Source of the DNA: Calditrichia bacterium
GTDB lineage: Bacteria; Calditrichota; Calditrichia; JAJRVZ01
Reading direction: 5' to 3'
DNA length: 64,000 nucleotides
Assembly (NCBI GenBank): GCA_963796965.1
Contig: CAWCNS010000007.1
Coordinates: 384,001-448,000 of the forward strand
In this document: positions 10,415 through 22,201 of the stretch, one piece after another
How the letters are laid out: the number at the start of each line of letters is the position of its first letter
Position numbering within the stretch: position 1 is the stretch's first letter
Position numbers and translations under genes: made by a program
Notes under the pieces: model-generated
Told to the model about the DNA's origin: nothing
Database searches by the model: none
Seen by the model: only the letters and a program-made list of their open reading frames with translations

Positions 10415-12769
10415 TTATTCGGGAAAATCCATATAAAATAGTCGCTGACCTGGGTTGACAACAACAATTTTATGCGTATACCCTGATTCTTTTTCATCAG
10501 GGAATGCCACGCTTATTTTAACAGGATACTTCCACCGGGTACCGATCTCGCCCTTAATTTGATTATTTAAAGTATTCCATGAGATAATCTCTGCGCCACC
10601 ACCGGAGAAATGCATATCGGTACCGGCCAGAACCGGATTGACGCCATCCCAGGGGGCAATACGTAAAAGACGGCTGGTATGTGGCGCTATTTCGCCCAAA
10701 TTAATGACATCCCCCGATTTATAGATTCCTAATATTTTCTGACTAAAAAATTCAGATACCAGAAAATTGCTCCCAGAGACCGACGCCAGAACATTTCGAG
10801 ACAATTCTAAGGACATTTTCTTCTTTTCATCCGTCCAGTTTATCATTGTTACAGTTATCCATGGCCCAAGGTTAGAACAGATTGGACGTATCTCTGTAAG
10901 CATCTTTGAAGGACAAAGGGGATCAAATATATCGAGAGGAACCGACGATGCATTGACAGAAGGAATAACATGCCGGTAGAATGCTTTCCGCTCATTGCCC
11001 AATTCAGGCATAAACTCGGTAAAAGTAATCAATCCACCGGCTATATATTGATTTAAAGCAATTGTCCTGGCCTCATCATCTGTAAGTAAACCCAGACTAA
11101 GCTCCCTGTCAGAATGAAATCTTTCGCTCTCTTTTGCGAACCATCATCGCATCAGGATCAACATGCCATAAGCGATTCATCCAGGTCCGTAATATATTCT
11201 GTCTGAATTTGGGAATCTCCTTTGACCGCCATATAGAAACGACATCACTGCCACTACGCTGTGAGTTGGCTATTCCTATGGAACCGCCATAATGGCCACC
11301 ACATACGGCGAGATAAGCATCCGGCCCTGTTCCCCGCCGGATTGCTTGTAAGCCCATGCGATAAGCCTCTAACCGCGTTGCTGTCGGATCGTAAAATTTT
11401 TGCCCTTTATCCAGAAAAACGGATCGCATAAAATCAAATTTGAAATATTCATAACCCCAGTCATGGGCAAGTTTGCGGTAAGTTTCTTCAAGAAAGTCAC
11501 AAACACCAGGAAAAGTTAAATCCAGGACCCAATGGTCTATTTTATTCATATTAAAGGTAATTCTATCACCTTTTTCGTCTTTTAACAGCCATTCAGGGTG
11601 TTTTTCAGCTAAATCTGATTTAAAATCAACCAGATAAGGACAACTCCAGATGCCAGGTTTATAACCAAGAGTCTTTGATTCTATCTGCGGCGTTTTTCAT
11701 TCCACTGGGCCAGGATTCGATAGCTTCGAAATCACCCCATTTACCCAAACTCCAGCATTCATCAATAAGAAAAACATCAAAAGGCAGATGATTCTCTTTT
11801 AAGGCAGCTAAATCCTGATGAAAAAACTGCTCATTATAATAATAACCGTGAAAATACCAGGTGCAAAACACGGAAGGGGCATCTTTTGGTGGTTTTTTTA
11901 CACCATGATAGACCCCAACACGGTCCGCGTAGTCCGCTACCAGCTTATTTGGATCTGATCCTAATTTAATAAACACCCATTGACTTGTGCGCTCACCACC
12001 CTGGGGAATCAGACAGCTGTCAAATTCACATTCTGCTATAAACCGATCTAAATGCACTGTATCATTATTTTTCTTGAATTGAATCCACATCCGCGCACAA
12101 TGTCCCAATTGACTCAGATAGCCGATAAGTAGCGACGGAGAATCGATTTTATTTCTGTTATGCAGCAGTACAAATTGATCAATTTCATGCTTTTCACTGC
12201 CTGAAGGACGAATGGTTTGCGGCCGGCCATTTTTTAAGCGTTTTTGAATAAGCACATCCCAGTTTTCTGCATTGGACTCATTGAAAATGATTAATTCTTG
12301 ACTTTCCTCGCAAAAAACAGGAATAAGTGATTTTAGGTATATGGGTTTTGTGTTTTTATTGGTTATTTTTTGCCGGATGGCTATTTCTTTGTTTCCAGCG
12401 GAGATCCATACCTCTCTGGTCACCTTTAATCCAGTGATCGAAAATTCATCTGAGATGAGTCTTCCCGTGCTTCCGGCCAGAACTTTCCGGAATTCTTCCC
12501 TATTTTCATGTTTCCACTGTGCATTATCCTGATAAAGGAAGATTCGTCTGCGGAGACACCCATCTGCTCTCAATAGTCGTTCCATTGCCCTGGATTTTGA
12601 TTGGTTCGGTTGATGTGGGAATATTGATAGTGAATTTGAAATCATTGAGAGGTAATTCTTGTGATTGTGATGTTGAAATAAAGCATAGAGTGAAAGTCAG
12701 AAATATTATAAGAATGAGATGATTATTTACTTTGATTTTCTTTGAATACAAAAATCTAAAATAGTCCAA
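10415..12769 (-). CDS. Alpha-galactosidase-like glycoside hydrolase (GH36/GH27 clan D), split by ~3 frameshifts
   Basis: Contiguous fragments 12524-12769, 11659-12645, 11109-~11660, 10415-~11105 carry FCTWY, VFLIDECW, YFKFDF, WHVDPD motifs in the expected order. Confidence 0.75.
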
Positions 12770-12825
12770 AATTCGTTCTTAATCATATAATCTCCCCAAT
12801 GTGCTACTGGATTCAAAAACTTTTA

Positions 12826-12925
12826 TCCACGAATTGCTCCCGTTATAACGGGACAGGCCGAATTATCATGAATATAAAATATATGTTTTTTAGAAATTAG
12901 CATTTTAATTAGTGCAATTCGTGGA
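12826..12925. repeat. CCACGAATT inverted-repeat element with 20 bp hairpin insert (12838-12857)
   Basis: tccacgaattgc[tcccgttataacgggacagg]ccgaatt ... aattagtgcaattcgtgga. Confidence 0.65.
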
Positions 12926-12941
12926 CTTTTTTTCTTAAAAG

Positions 12942-14385
12942 TTACTCTCCTTCAGTTGTATCATAGAAACGTACCACTTGCTGTTTTACGGTCCCATCTG
13001 CTGAAACATCACAGATCACATAATGATGTACATTACCCATAGGCCCAAAGCGGTTATGCAATCCGGCACCGCCACCGCCACTTAGCGTATAGTGTACCCC
13101 GCCCAAGTTTGCGGTCGAATAAGCGTGAATATGTCCCAGATAGACCTCGGCTACCTTGTGTTTGGTCATAAGATCGGTAAAGACTTTTGAGTTTTCCTCA
13201 TCCATTGCATGATAGGCCCATTTTTGAACAGTTGCTGGTGGTTTGTGGGCAGCCACATACTTCTGATAGCCTTCTGGTGTTTCTGCAAGCGTTTTGTCAA
13301 GCCACGCAAAGGTCGATTCAGGGGAACTTGCCTCAGAGGCATTATCAATTAAAACATATCTGGCTTTGCCATAGTCGAAGAAATAGTTTAAGGAATTATC
13401 TACCAAACAAATAGCGATACGCGTGGGCCATTTCATCGTCACCGGTTTCGTGATTACCAATCGCGACAAAAAAGGGAATTTCTGTTTCAGCAGAGGTGGT
13501 ATATAGTATTCGATGAAATTCTTTGGCATAACCCCTTGGTACAATATCGCCGGAATTGATTACAAAAGCCGGTTTCGGAACAAGGCCATCGATATGTTTG
13601 ACCATATTCGACCAGAGGTCCCAGTTGTGAGCGGGTATCCCCCACCACGATATAACGATAACTACCGTCTGCATTCTTTGGGGTTTTACCTAGTTTCTTT
13701 ATTTGATTTTCAAAATTGAAGTACTCCCGGTATGGGCCCAGGAGGCTGTCCATCTCGGCCCTGAATGCTTTTTCATCCATTTCGACGGGTGGGGAGATCT
13801 CATCTAATCCGCCGTCAATATCGTCGCCGGCTTGTATTTGCCCATCGGGCCGTGCGTAAAACACCATATTGCCTATTTGAATCACATATCGTTGTCCGGC
13901 TATCGTCTCAGCCGACCAGGCCTCACTCGGTTGGAGATCAGGATAGGCTTTTTTAAGTGTCTCTAATGAACTGGCAGGAACTTCGTTAAGGGTAATACGC
14001 TTCTTTGTACCTTGCAGTATCAGCTCACCAGCCTCCTCGTCAATATCAGTTTGATCATTTTCGTACTGCAGTTCAATCAACTCGCCTTGTGGTGAAACAT
14101 CAAACTGGTACTCCTCATATCCCCGTTGGCAGATGATTTCGTACTCATCATCGTCCAGTTCCCATTCTGTTACTTCTATATGAGGAACAAATATTTTGGC
14201 ATATCTAAGTACTTCATCTGATGGTGGTTTATCCACTTTCTGGGGCGGTTGGTAGAATTCATTTCCCGGAGGTCCGACTTCCACGCGCCATTTACCAATT
14301 TCCCCGGCAATCTGCTCCGTCTTACATCCGAGCACCACATACCAGAAGAAATCACAAGTAATACGATAAGTTTATGTTTAAGCAT
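12942..14385 (-). CDS. Lipoprotein calcineurin-like metallophosphoesterase with acidic N-terminal domain, split by ~3 frameshifts
   Basis: Joined frames give signal ..VLGC, then VVGDTRS, INSGDIV, VAIGNHE, AAHKPP, GHIH: all five metallophosphoesterase motifs in order. Confidence 0.75.
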
Positions 14386-14466
14386 TTTTCATTCTCCCAT
14401 CTTCGATTCAAAATCGAGCTGAATTATATAATCTCCCTCATCTGGTATTATATCTAAAAACTTTTT

Positions 14467-14703
14467 TCCACGAATTACACTAATTAACACGAATTTCATA
14501 AAAATCTTATTTATATATATATATAATTATTCTAATTAGTGAAAATTCGTGTAATTCGTGGACTTTATTTCTTCGTGTCACTTCGCGACTCTTTCGTGAA
14601 CTTCGTGATATAAAAAAGATGGTAAAATAGTACAAAATCTCTGCGTAAATCAGTGTTATCCGCGTCATCCGCGTTCTATAATTATCTTTGCGTCGTTGCG
14701 AGA
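14467..14703. repeat. Stack of four short repeat families
   Basis: ccacgaatt..aattcgtgga pair (14467-14562), cttcgtg/cttcgcg tandem (14571-14609), atctctgcg..atccgcgtcatccgcgttc (14636-14678), ctttgcgtcgttgcgaga (14686-14703). Confidence 0.7.
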
Positions 14704-14734
14704 AAAATAGGTTTTCATCTATCAAAAATGATTT

Positions 14735-14774
14735 AAAAAAAGCGGCACGGTCGTGATATCCGTGCCGCTTATTT
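14735..14774 (-). terminator. Rho-independent terminator after TonB receptor
   Basis: 11 bp stem aagcggcacgg/ccgtgccgctt followed by a T-run on the minus strand. Confidence 0.85.
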
Positions 14775-14805
14775 TAATTTAAATCAATCCTTTTAACAGA
14801 TAGTA

Positions 14806-17538
14806 TTACAGAACAAACTCAAATCCTGCCCAAACGGTCATCTGTCTATGAGACTTGTTATAAAGATACCAGTCTCTCATACCATAGGTTGCTTTGTCTG
14901 CCGCAGATCTGAGATTTTTACGTTTTTCGATCCTGTCCTCGCCTAATATATTCTTTGCATTGACAAAAAGCCTGACACCTTTGACGATATGCTGACGAAG
15001 GGTCAAGTCAAGTATATTTCGCGGATCATACCACTCTTCGTAATATTCACCGTCATTTTTTTCTTGGAATATATCTCTGAGATGTATTGATAGGATAAAC
15101 GACCGGAAAATCCGATATCTGAATTTTCATAACTCAGAGCAAAATTGACCACATCATCTGCCTGTGTGGGCAGTGTCGTTTTTTCACCTTCATAAGGCTG
15201 TAAATAGGTATCCAGTTGATGGGTCCAGTTCGCTAAAAGACCCCATTCGGGCAAACCGATAAAATCGAATTGTCTCTGAAAGGCCAATTCCAGACCGACG
15301 ACTTGTCCTGTTCCCACATTTTGAACTTGTTCGACCTCTTCCACTACGTAACCATTATACATACCGTCTTCGGGATGGAAAGTTACCTCCTGCATAACGT
15401 TCTTTATGTCCTTATAGAATAATCCCGCCGACATAAATCCGGCCATTTGTGGAGAGTACCATTCAACGATGAAATCCACATTTGTTGCTTCTGCCGGCAG
15501 CAGATCCGGATTGCCTGTAGCAAGTTCCAAATCCTCATCATTGTAATCATTATATCCGGCTAATAAACGGAAAGATGGCCGGGAAATGCCCTGTGATCCG
15601 GAGAGACGGACATTAATATTTGCCGGTAATCTATATTGAAGATGTAATGAGGGAAATATATTGTTATAATCGCCTGATTCCCTGTTTCCCTGGATGGTCG
15701 ATTCATCAGGATTATTTTTATTATAGGTATCCACTAATCGAGGTTCCGATTCCCAGGATGTTCCTTCATACCTAACACCAGGCAAAACCATGAAACTTTT
15801 TCCAAACCAGAACTCGCCCATGATGTAAGCGGATGCAATAGCCTCATTGGAGGTATAATTCTCATCCATACTTGTACTATTATCTGAGATAAAAAGCATG
15901 TCTAAGGGCGGATCCCACTCAATTAAAAATGGGTCATCGATGGTGGTCGACCAGTTTTTAAAGTCATCAGGATCAGCCAGATCATCCGCATCAATTAATT
16001 CTAACTGTGAATCGAGCTTTTGCTGAAAGCGGTCTTTGTATTTGTATTTCAAACCGGCTTTGGCATAACCTGATGTGCCGCCAAATTTAAACGGTTTTTG
16101 CAGATTTATAGCACCAATGTATTCGTCTTCGTCAAATTTTTCCGCTTCAATATTATTATTATCAAAATAGTAATTCTTGTCCCCTCCCCGGTACGCATCA
16201 TAATCGGTTAAAAAATTCGACTGAACATCGTGCAATTCCTGGCCGGTTCCACTGTTGTAAATTAGGGTATAATCCAGATTCCAGTCGCTGAATAAATTCT
16301 GTCCGCCGACGGCCACTTGCAAAACATGTTTGGGTTCTAACTTGACATCATTGAGCTTTTCGATCTCTTCATCTTCATAATAATCACGTAATTCAAGGTC
16401 AAAATCTTTGAGATCATAAAAAGAATAATAGATCTTTGCTGTATATTTGTTTCCCAGAGACGGTTTCCACAGGAGGGCTGTATTAACACCGCCAATAAAT
16501 TCTTCTGTCTCGGTCGGTGCTTGCCTATAATATCGTTCACCTACATCGGTAGGGGTACCATCCAATTTTTCATAAGGACCGTCTTCCAATTGGTCGTCAT
16601 CAAAATCCCAGTCCCATCTCTCGGTATATTCAGATTTGGTTCTTTTTTCCCAGGTACCGGTGACGGAATAACCAAATTTTCCATCCATAAAAAGATCACC
16701 AATGGTAAGAGCACCTTTGCTCTGGCCAAAACTACCAATCTGATCTATAGGGAAATCAGAAGTTTGATTTTTTGAATATCCCGTATAGATTTTAAAATTG
16801 AAAAGTGTTTTATTCGGGGCATCTTTCATGATGAAATTGATATTACCGGCAATGGCGTCGGCATCCAGATCTGCGGTCTGACCTTTGGATACTTCAATTG
16901 CCTGAATCATATCAATAGGGAAGGTTTGAATATTTGAGGCACGATCCTCATCAGAATTTATAGCAGGTATTCTTTGGTTATTAACGGTCACTAATGTATA
17001 TTCAGCAGGGAGACCGCGCATAATCGCCTCACTTCCATCCATAAATACACCGGGTATTCGTGAGATGGCCGTTGCTGCATCTTCATCGGGAAAAGAACCA
17101 ATTAAATCCGAAGAAACAACACTTTTAATATTAGAAGCATTCAGCTGGGCATTGAGTGCCGCTTTCTGGGACTGAATAATCCGGTCCGAGGTAACCTTAA
17201 TGGACTCATCTGATTCGAGAATCGAGGTTTTTAATACAAAAGCGACTTGGGCAACTTCGCCGGATTTTACTTCTACTGGTCTTAGTTTGCTTTATAAAAC
17301 CAATATAATAGGCTTCAACTTCATACGTACCTGCCGGTACATTACCGATTAAAAAGAAACCCTGTGCATCGGTAGAAGCACCAAGATTGGCGTCGACAAC
17401 GACAATATTGGCACCAATAAGTGGTAGTTCAGTGCCTTCAACAACAACAGTTCCCGCCATGCGAGTATTCTGTGCATAAAGACATAAAGGTAGTGTAAAC
17501 AGGATTAAAAGTAATGAGAATATGGTTAACTGCTTCAT
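14806..17538 (-). CDS. TonB-dependent outer-membrane receptor (N-terminal carboxypeptidase-regulatory-like domain, plug, barrel), split by ~4 frameshifts
   Basis: Signal peptide, LIGANIVV..GASTD..G.F, plug RGL....VTVN..RIP and IEVSKG.TADLDADAIAG.INF, GNPDL.P, C-terminal AGFEFVL; AAGGAG RBS. Confidence 0.85.
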
Positions 17539-17842
17539 TTCAATCTCCTTGGTTGATTGATGTTTTAAGGCTAATTTTTCCCCTATTGTACTCATTGAAA
17601 CTTTTTGATACCTGGAGCAACCTCCTTTCTTTTAAATTATTATCTATCCCCATTATTGTGATATTTACATCCTTCTTCCCTCCCTGATTTGATTTCTGGT
17701 TGAAATTCTTTTTCTTCCTTTTGTTTAGGATATTAAGAAATGTCTAAATTATCGGTAATTGATCTGAATAGTAATAGATAATTTGGGGACACCACCTCCT
17801 TTTCTGCATTAATTATTAGAATTCAGTAAAATAGTATTTTTC

Positions 17843-17868
17843 GTCATCCTGAATTTATTTCAGGATCT
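17843..17868. repeat. REP-like unit, GTCATCCTGAA family
   Basis: gtcatcctgaatttatttcaggatct; degenerate partner around 17925-17952. Confidence 0.7.
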
Positions 17869-18204
17869 AAAATTTCAACGAAAAACGCCTGTCTGATCTA
17901 TTTTAATTCCTTAACTGTCATTTCGAATACTGAATAAAGTTCTGGCATTACCGTCTAACTCAAAAAATTGATTTTAAATAATGTTGACATTTATTACAAG
18001 ATCTAACTGTTATATTTAATATAACGACTAAAATAACAAAAATGCATAAAATATTGTATATTATTTCTACGTTTTCTATGAGATCACGAGCGGTGCTCGA
18101 TACTTCAAAATATCTTTGAGTTAAGTCTTCCAATAACTTTGTATTAGGTCGCCCAGGATTCCAGGATAATTAATACAAATTTTAATTCAATAATTTGGTG
18201 TGCA

Positions 18205-19366
18205 TTAATGAATAACTCCACCCCTTGCATCATCACGATATATTTCAATTTTAACTTTATCAGCACCAGTTTGTATTTTCAAAAAAGTACTCCTGGCAAG
18301 ATTGGCCTTTTCCCAGAAAGTCGTTTTGTACTGCTCTCGCAATTGATCATCCTCTAAAAACTTTCGATAAAACACCTTTATCTTTTTAAACGCAGTCTCG
18401 TCATCAATCTTTTTATAAGAAACGCCATCCGTTAAACCCGAATAGTAGAGAACCTTCTTTGCTTCGTAGGAATTTTCTTTATAAAATCGGGCAAATGCTT
18501 CCCTTTCGCTTATGCTAGTTCCTTGTGCTTCAGCTATTGCTTGTGAAAATCCGTTTACCAAAAGGGCCGGGAAATAGGCCTCAATGCCTCTTGCATGTCC
18601 TACATCTATTTGCCAAACATCATTGATTTTTGCGATCGAGGTATTATGCGTGTGACCGCAAATATAGGCTGTTACGTCCAATCTACGAAGTAGTTGATGG
18701 AAATGATAGCTATTTTTTTGGTATTTGTTTAATGAGTCATCCTGATGTCTTAACCGCCCATTATCCATATCGGGTATCGCTATTATCGGTTCATGGCCAA
18801 AAACAAAGGTATATTTTTTATCATTAGCCGTTAAATCATTTTCCAACCAGGCTAATAGCTCCGGTACCACCATGCCGTCACTGCCATCATCAGAAGTGCC
18901 ATCGTAATACTGATTCAGCACGACAAAATGATTATTTCCCCAGTCAAATGAATAGGTTGTTTCAATGCAACCAGGAGGGCCTGAATTAACGATATTTGGG
19001 AGAGATTTTCCACCGGAATTATACTTACGCAGGTATTCCATAAAAGTTGGTGATTCTAATTCGTGATTGCCCACAACGGGATACCAGGGATAATCTTCGC
19101 CCAAAACCTGTGTAATGACTTCCCGTACAGCAGATGGTGGATCAATGTCGCCGGGACTGATCATAAAAGAGCCTTTCCCATATTTTTTAATGGCCTCGCA
19201 GGCTCCCTGGAAATAACTGGAATTCCGATATTCTTCTTTTGCTGTATAGCGCATGTCGGCTGCCACTACAAAAGTGAAAGTATCATCACTTTTCTCGCAG
19301 GCAGAGATAAAGAATAAGACAAAAGATAAAAGAAAAAAGTATAAATAGTGTTATTTTGTTCTTCAT
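18205..19366 (-). CDS. Lipoprotein calcineurin-like metallophosphoesterase (frameshift in signal-peptide T-run, probably another near the C-terminus)
   Basis: ATG 19366 after GAGG; shifted frame gives LFFISAC lipobox then TFTFVVAADMR, SPGDID, VVGNHE, FGHEP, CGHTH motifs. Confidence 0.8.
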
Positions 19367-19437
19367 TGTTGCCTTACCTCGTTTTTATTAGCCTGGTTAA
19401 TTCATAAATAACAGATTGATCAAATAACGACAGTTAA

Positions 19438-19590
19438 GTCTCCCCTTAAAAAAGGGGACTAATCCCGTTCTACGGGACTACCCCCCTTCAAAGGGGGAAT
19501 TAGATTTTGCTTACTCGAATAGATAATCTCATATTTTTGTTTCAATTATCTAAACTGCAACAGCCCCGGAAAAGGGGGAATAGATTTTGC
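19438..19590. repeat. C/G-run palindromic repeat element, inverted copy of 359-460
   Basis: Reverse complement of 19485-19580 aligns with 359-456 (gttgcagttta.ataatt ... tattcga.taagcaaaatctaattccccc.ttgaagggg). Confidence 0.8.
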
Positions 19591-19625
19591 ATAAACGAAA
19601 ACAAAAATATCAATCATTTACACTC

Positions 19626-20511
19626 CTATTTCTTATATTTTTTTTGAATAAAATCTTCCACTTCGTCTATTTTTCTATGTATAGGGCCTTCTGCTTCCAT
19701 TTTTAAACTGGTTACTGCTGCCGACCATAAGATTGCTTCTTCGGGGGGTGCAGAAAGGCGTTTGGCCATATAGGAGGCAATACAGGTGTCTCCCCGGCCA
19801 CTACGACCAACCATCTCTTCCGGTAAGAAAGGGGCTTCATAATATTGCTCATTGGCATATACCAGCATACCATCCCGATGGGTGATAACAATTTCATCAG
19901 GACCAAAACCAGCTAAAATTTTGTGCTGCTTTTTTTATATCCTTTTCGCCGGTTAATGATTCTGCTTCCACAGCATCTGCCTTTAATACATCAATATGAG
20001 ACAAAAACTTTTCTTTTTCGGGCCAGGGCGCATGGATAAGTATGTCATTCGGATCGATTATGCGGATAAAGGTCTGTGCATCGGCTACAAGGTAAGCATC
20101 TTTTTTCCTGAGAAATTCAACAACTTTAAAAGGAACTTCATCACGAATAGATCCGTTGATTAGAAAGGCTTTTGCTTCTAAATCTTCAAACTGATCTGTT
20201 GTATAGGTTCCTGCAGTGACAGGGCAAGTAAGGATGCGGTCATCGACATTATCTGTTGGATAATCCAATTTCATATGTGTTGATGAAGGTGTTATGAATG
20301 GATATACATCAACACCGACGTCACGTAATCGGTTCACGACTCTAAAATCTTCCTGGGCTAGTCTGGTTACTGCTGCCACTTTAAGCCCTGTCAATGCCGC
20401 CGCATGCGCACCATAGTTAAAACCGCCCCCATCAACATATCTTGTTCCCGCTGCTGATACGATGGTATCCTTCGTATAATTACCAAAGATAACAATATCA
20501 TATTTTTTCAT
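19626..20511 (-). CDS. PfkB/ribokinase-family kinase, Thermotoga IolK (TM0415)-like; one frameshift near 19920
   Basis: GNYTKD, GGG..YG, DVLKADAVEAESLTG, and atypical anion-hole motif GRSGRGDTC. Confidence 0.75.
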
Positions 20512-20583
20512 TCCCAGCTCCATAAATTCAATTATTGATTTATTCTTATCCCAATCTAGTGCTCGTAAGATACAAGAAAAAAA

Positions 20584-20698
20584 GTCCACGAATTGCATAT
20601 AATTTATAACGAATTTCAGAATTAATAAATTATAAATAATCATTTCTCTTTGTCTTTGCGCCTCTGCGAGAAATTTCTTTCAATCTTTGCGTCTTTCA
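20584..20698. repeat. Half-sites of CCACGAATT and CTTTGCG repeat families
   Basis: gtccacgaattgcatataatttataacgaattt; ctttgcgcctctgcgaga; ctttgcgtctttca. Confidence 0.5.
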
Positions 20699-20715
20699 GA
20701 GATGCATTATTAAGG

Positions 20716-22053
20716 CTAATCACTAATCTTTGCCTTCCATAACAGACTGGCTAGTATCAGAGACATGACTGAACCACCAACCCAGAAAAGAATGGCATTG
20801 GAAAAATCATAATGTCGCACACCATCTATGATAGTCATCCCATTTTGAATTAAATATCCACTTATCTGATCCTGGATTCCGGCGGCCATATAACTAAAGA
20901 TACCAATGAATCCCATCGCCGCACCGGCAGCTTTTTTAGGGGAGATATCTATGGCGAATAAGCCACCTAAAGCAGCCAGTAATCCACTAAGTGTAAAACC
21001 ATAAAGAATAAACGCAGATGTCAATAACACGGGTTGTCCGGGAGCCGCGAAAAAAATTATCAATAGGGCAATTATTTCAAGAATCCCGAAAATAAAAGTA
21101 ACCGGTGGCCGTTTAGCCTTAAATAATTTATCAGAAATATATCCATAAGCGACACAACCCGCTAATCCAGCTAAAGTATTTACACCGATGATACTCCCTG
21201 CCTCAATTAATGAATAACCTTTGGCCTCCTGAAGATAAAGAATACCCCAGCTGTTGATCGCATAACGCGTCACATACATCGTTGCACTGGCCAGGCCTAA
21301 TATCCATATGGTCGGTCTTTTCAGAATCGAAACCTGCGCCTGCCATGTTTGCTGTTCTTTTTGTACTTCGGCATGGTCATTTTTCCAATCAGCGATGGTA
21401 GGTAGCCCCATTGTTTGCGGGCGATCCTGCATCCACATGTAGATGCCTATAGCCACAAAAATACAGAGCAAGCCTGGCCCCCAAAATCCGGCCTGCCAAC
21501 CAAAAAAGCTAACCAGCGCCCCGGATCCGACAAAGGTTAAACCCTCGCCTATCGCATGACCGGTACTCCAGATACCATAAAACCGTCCCCTTTCCTTATT
21601 ACTAAACCATTGTGAAAGCACAACAGCACCTGAAGGGGCACCATAGCCCTGGAACCAACCATTAAGTCCCCATAAGACTACCCAGACCCACAATAGTTCG
21701 GTTCGCCCCATCATCAGATTCACCAGGGCTGACATAAAAACACCTGCAGCGAAGAATCTTTTAATATTGGCATGATCAGCAAGAAAACCATTGGTAAATT
21801 TGCCTAAGGCATAGGCATAAAAAAGCGCAGAACCAATCATACCTAATTCTTCGGCATTCATGATTCCTCCATCGATCAGGGGTTTTTTGACAACAGATAA
21901 TGCCAGGCGACACGTATAAGCAATCCCATATCCAACGGTCACAGCCATCATAATTCTGAATCGATGCTTCTTGTATAATGTATCTACTTTATTAACATCA
22001 TCGATAACTGGTATATTTTCACCACTTGCAAAAAACCGCAATATTTTATTCAT
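20716..22053 (-). CDS. MFS organophosphate:phosphate antiporter family (GlpT/UhpT/UhpC-like)
   Basis: 12-TM pattern; GKFTNGFLAD, NGWFQGYG, WFS.KERG, Y..RY....W, K.AAGAAMGFIG.FSY. Confidence 0.85.
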   Translation of the reverse strand: MNKILRFFASGENIPVIDDVNKVDTLYKKHRFRIMMAVTVGYGIAYTCRLALSVVKKPLIDGGIMNAEELGMIGSALFYAYALGKFTNGFLADHANIKRFFAAGVFMSALVNLMMGRTELLWVWVVLWGLNGWFQGYGAPSGAVVLSQWFSNKERGRFYGIWSTGHAIGEGLTFVGSGALVSFFGWQAGFWGPGLLCIFVAIGIYMWMQDRPQTMGLPTIADWKNDHAEVQKEQQTWQAQVSILKRPTIWILGLASATMYVTRYAINSWGILYLQEAKGYSLIEAGSIIGVNTLAGLAGCVAYGYISDKLFKAKRPPVTFIFGILEIIALLIIFFAAPGQPVLLTSAFILYGFTLSGLLAALGGLFAIDISPKKAAGAAMGFIGIFSYMAAGIQDQISGYLIQNGMTIIDGVRHYDFSNAILFWVGGSVMSLILASLLWKAKISD

Positions 22054-22201
22054 GAGGCTTCCTCATTTGGAAATCGGTAATGCAAAATTTAAGAACACCT
22101 ATTCAATCTACTTATTGTTTTAAGGGGGAATTTCATTGTTGCTTTTAGTTAATACTCTATAAATATTTTATACTTTTTTTCTCTATTTTTCTTTTTTTAT
22201 T

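Noticed and set aside
14507..14725. 72 aa ORF between TonB receptor and phosphoesterase
   Set aside because: It is a translation of the stacked repeats (RMTRITLI, HELHEFSLI), not a credible protein
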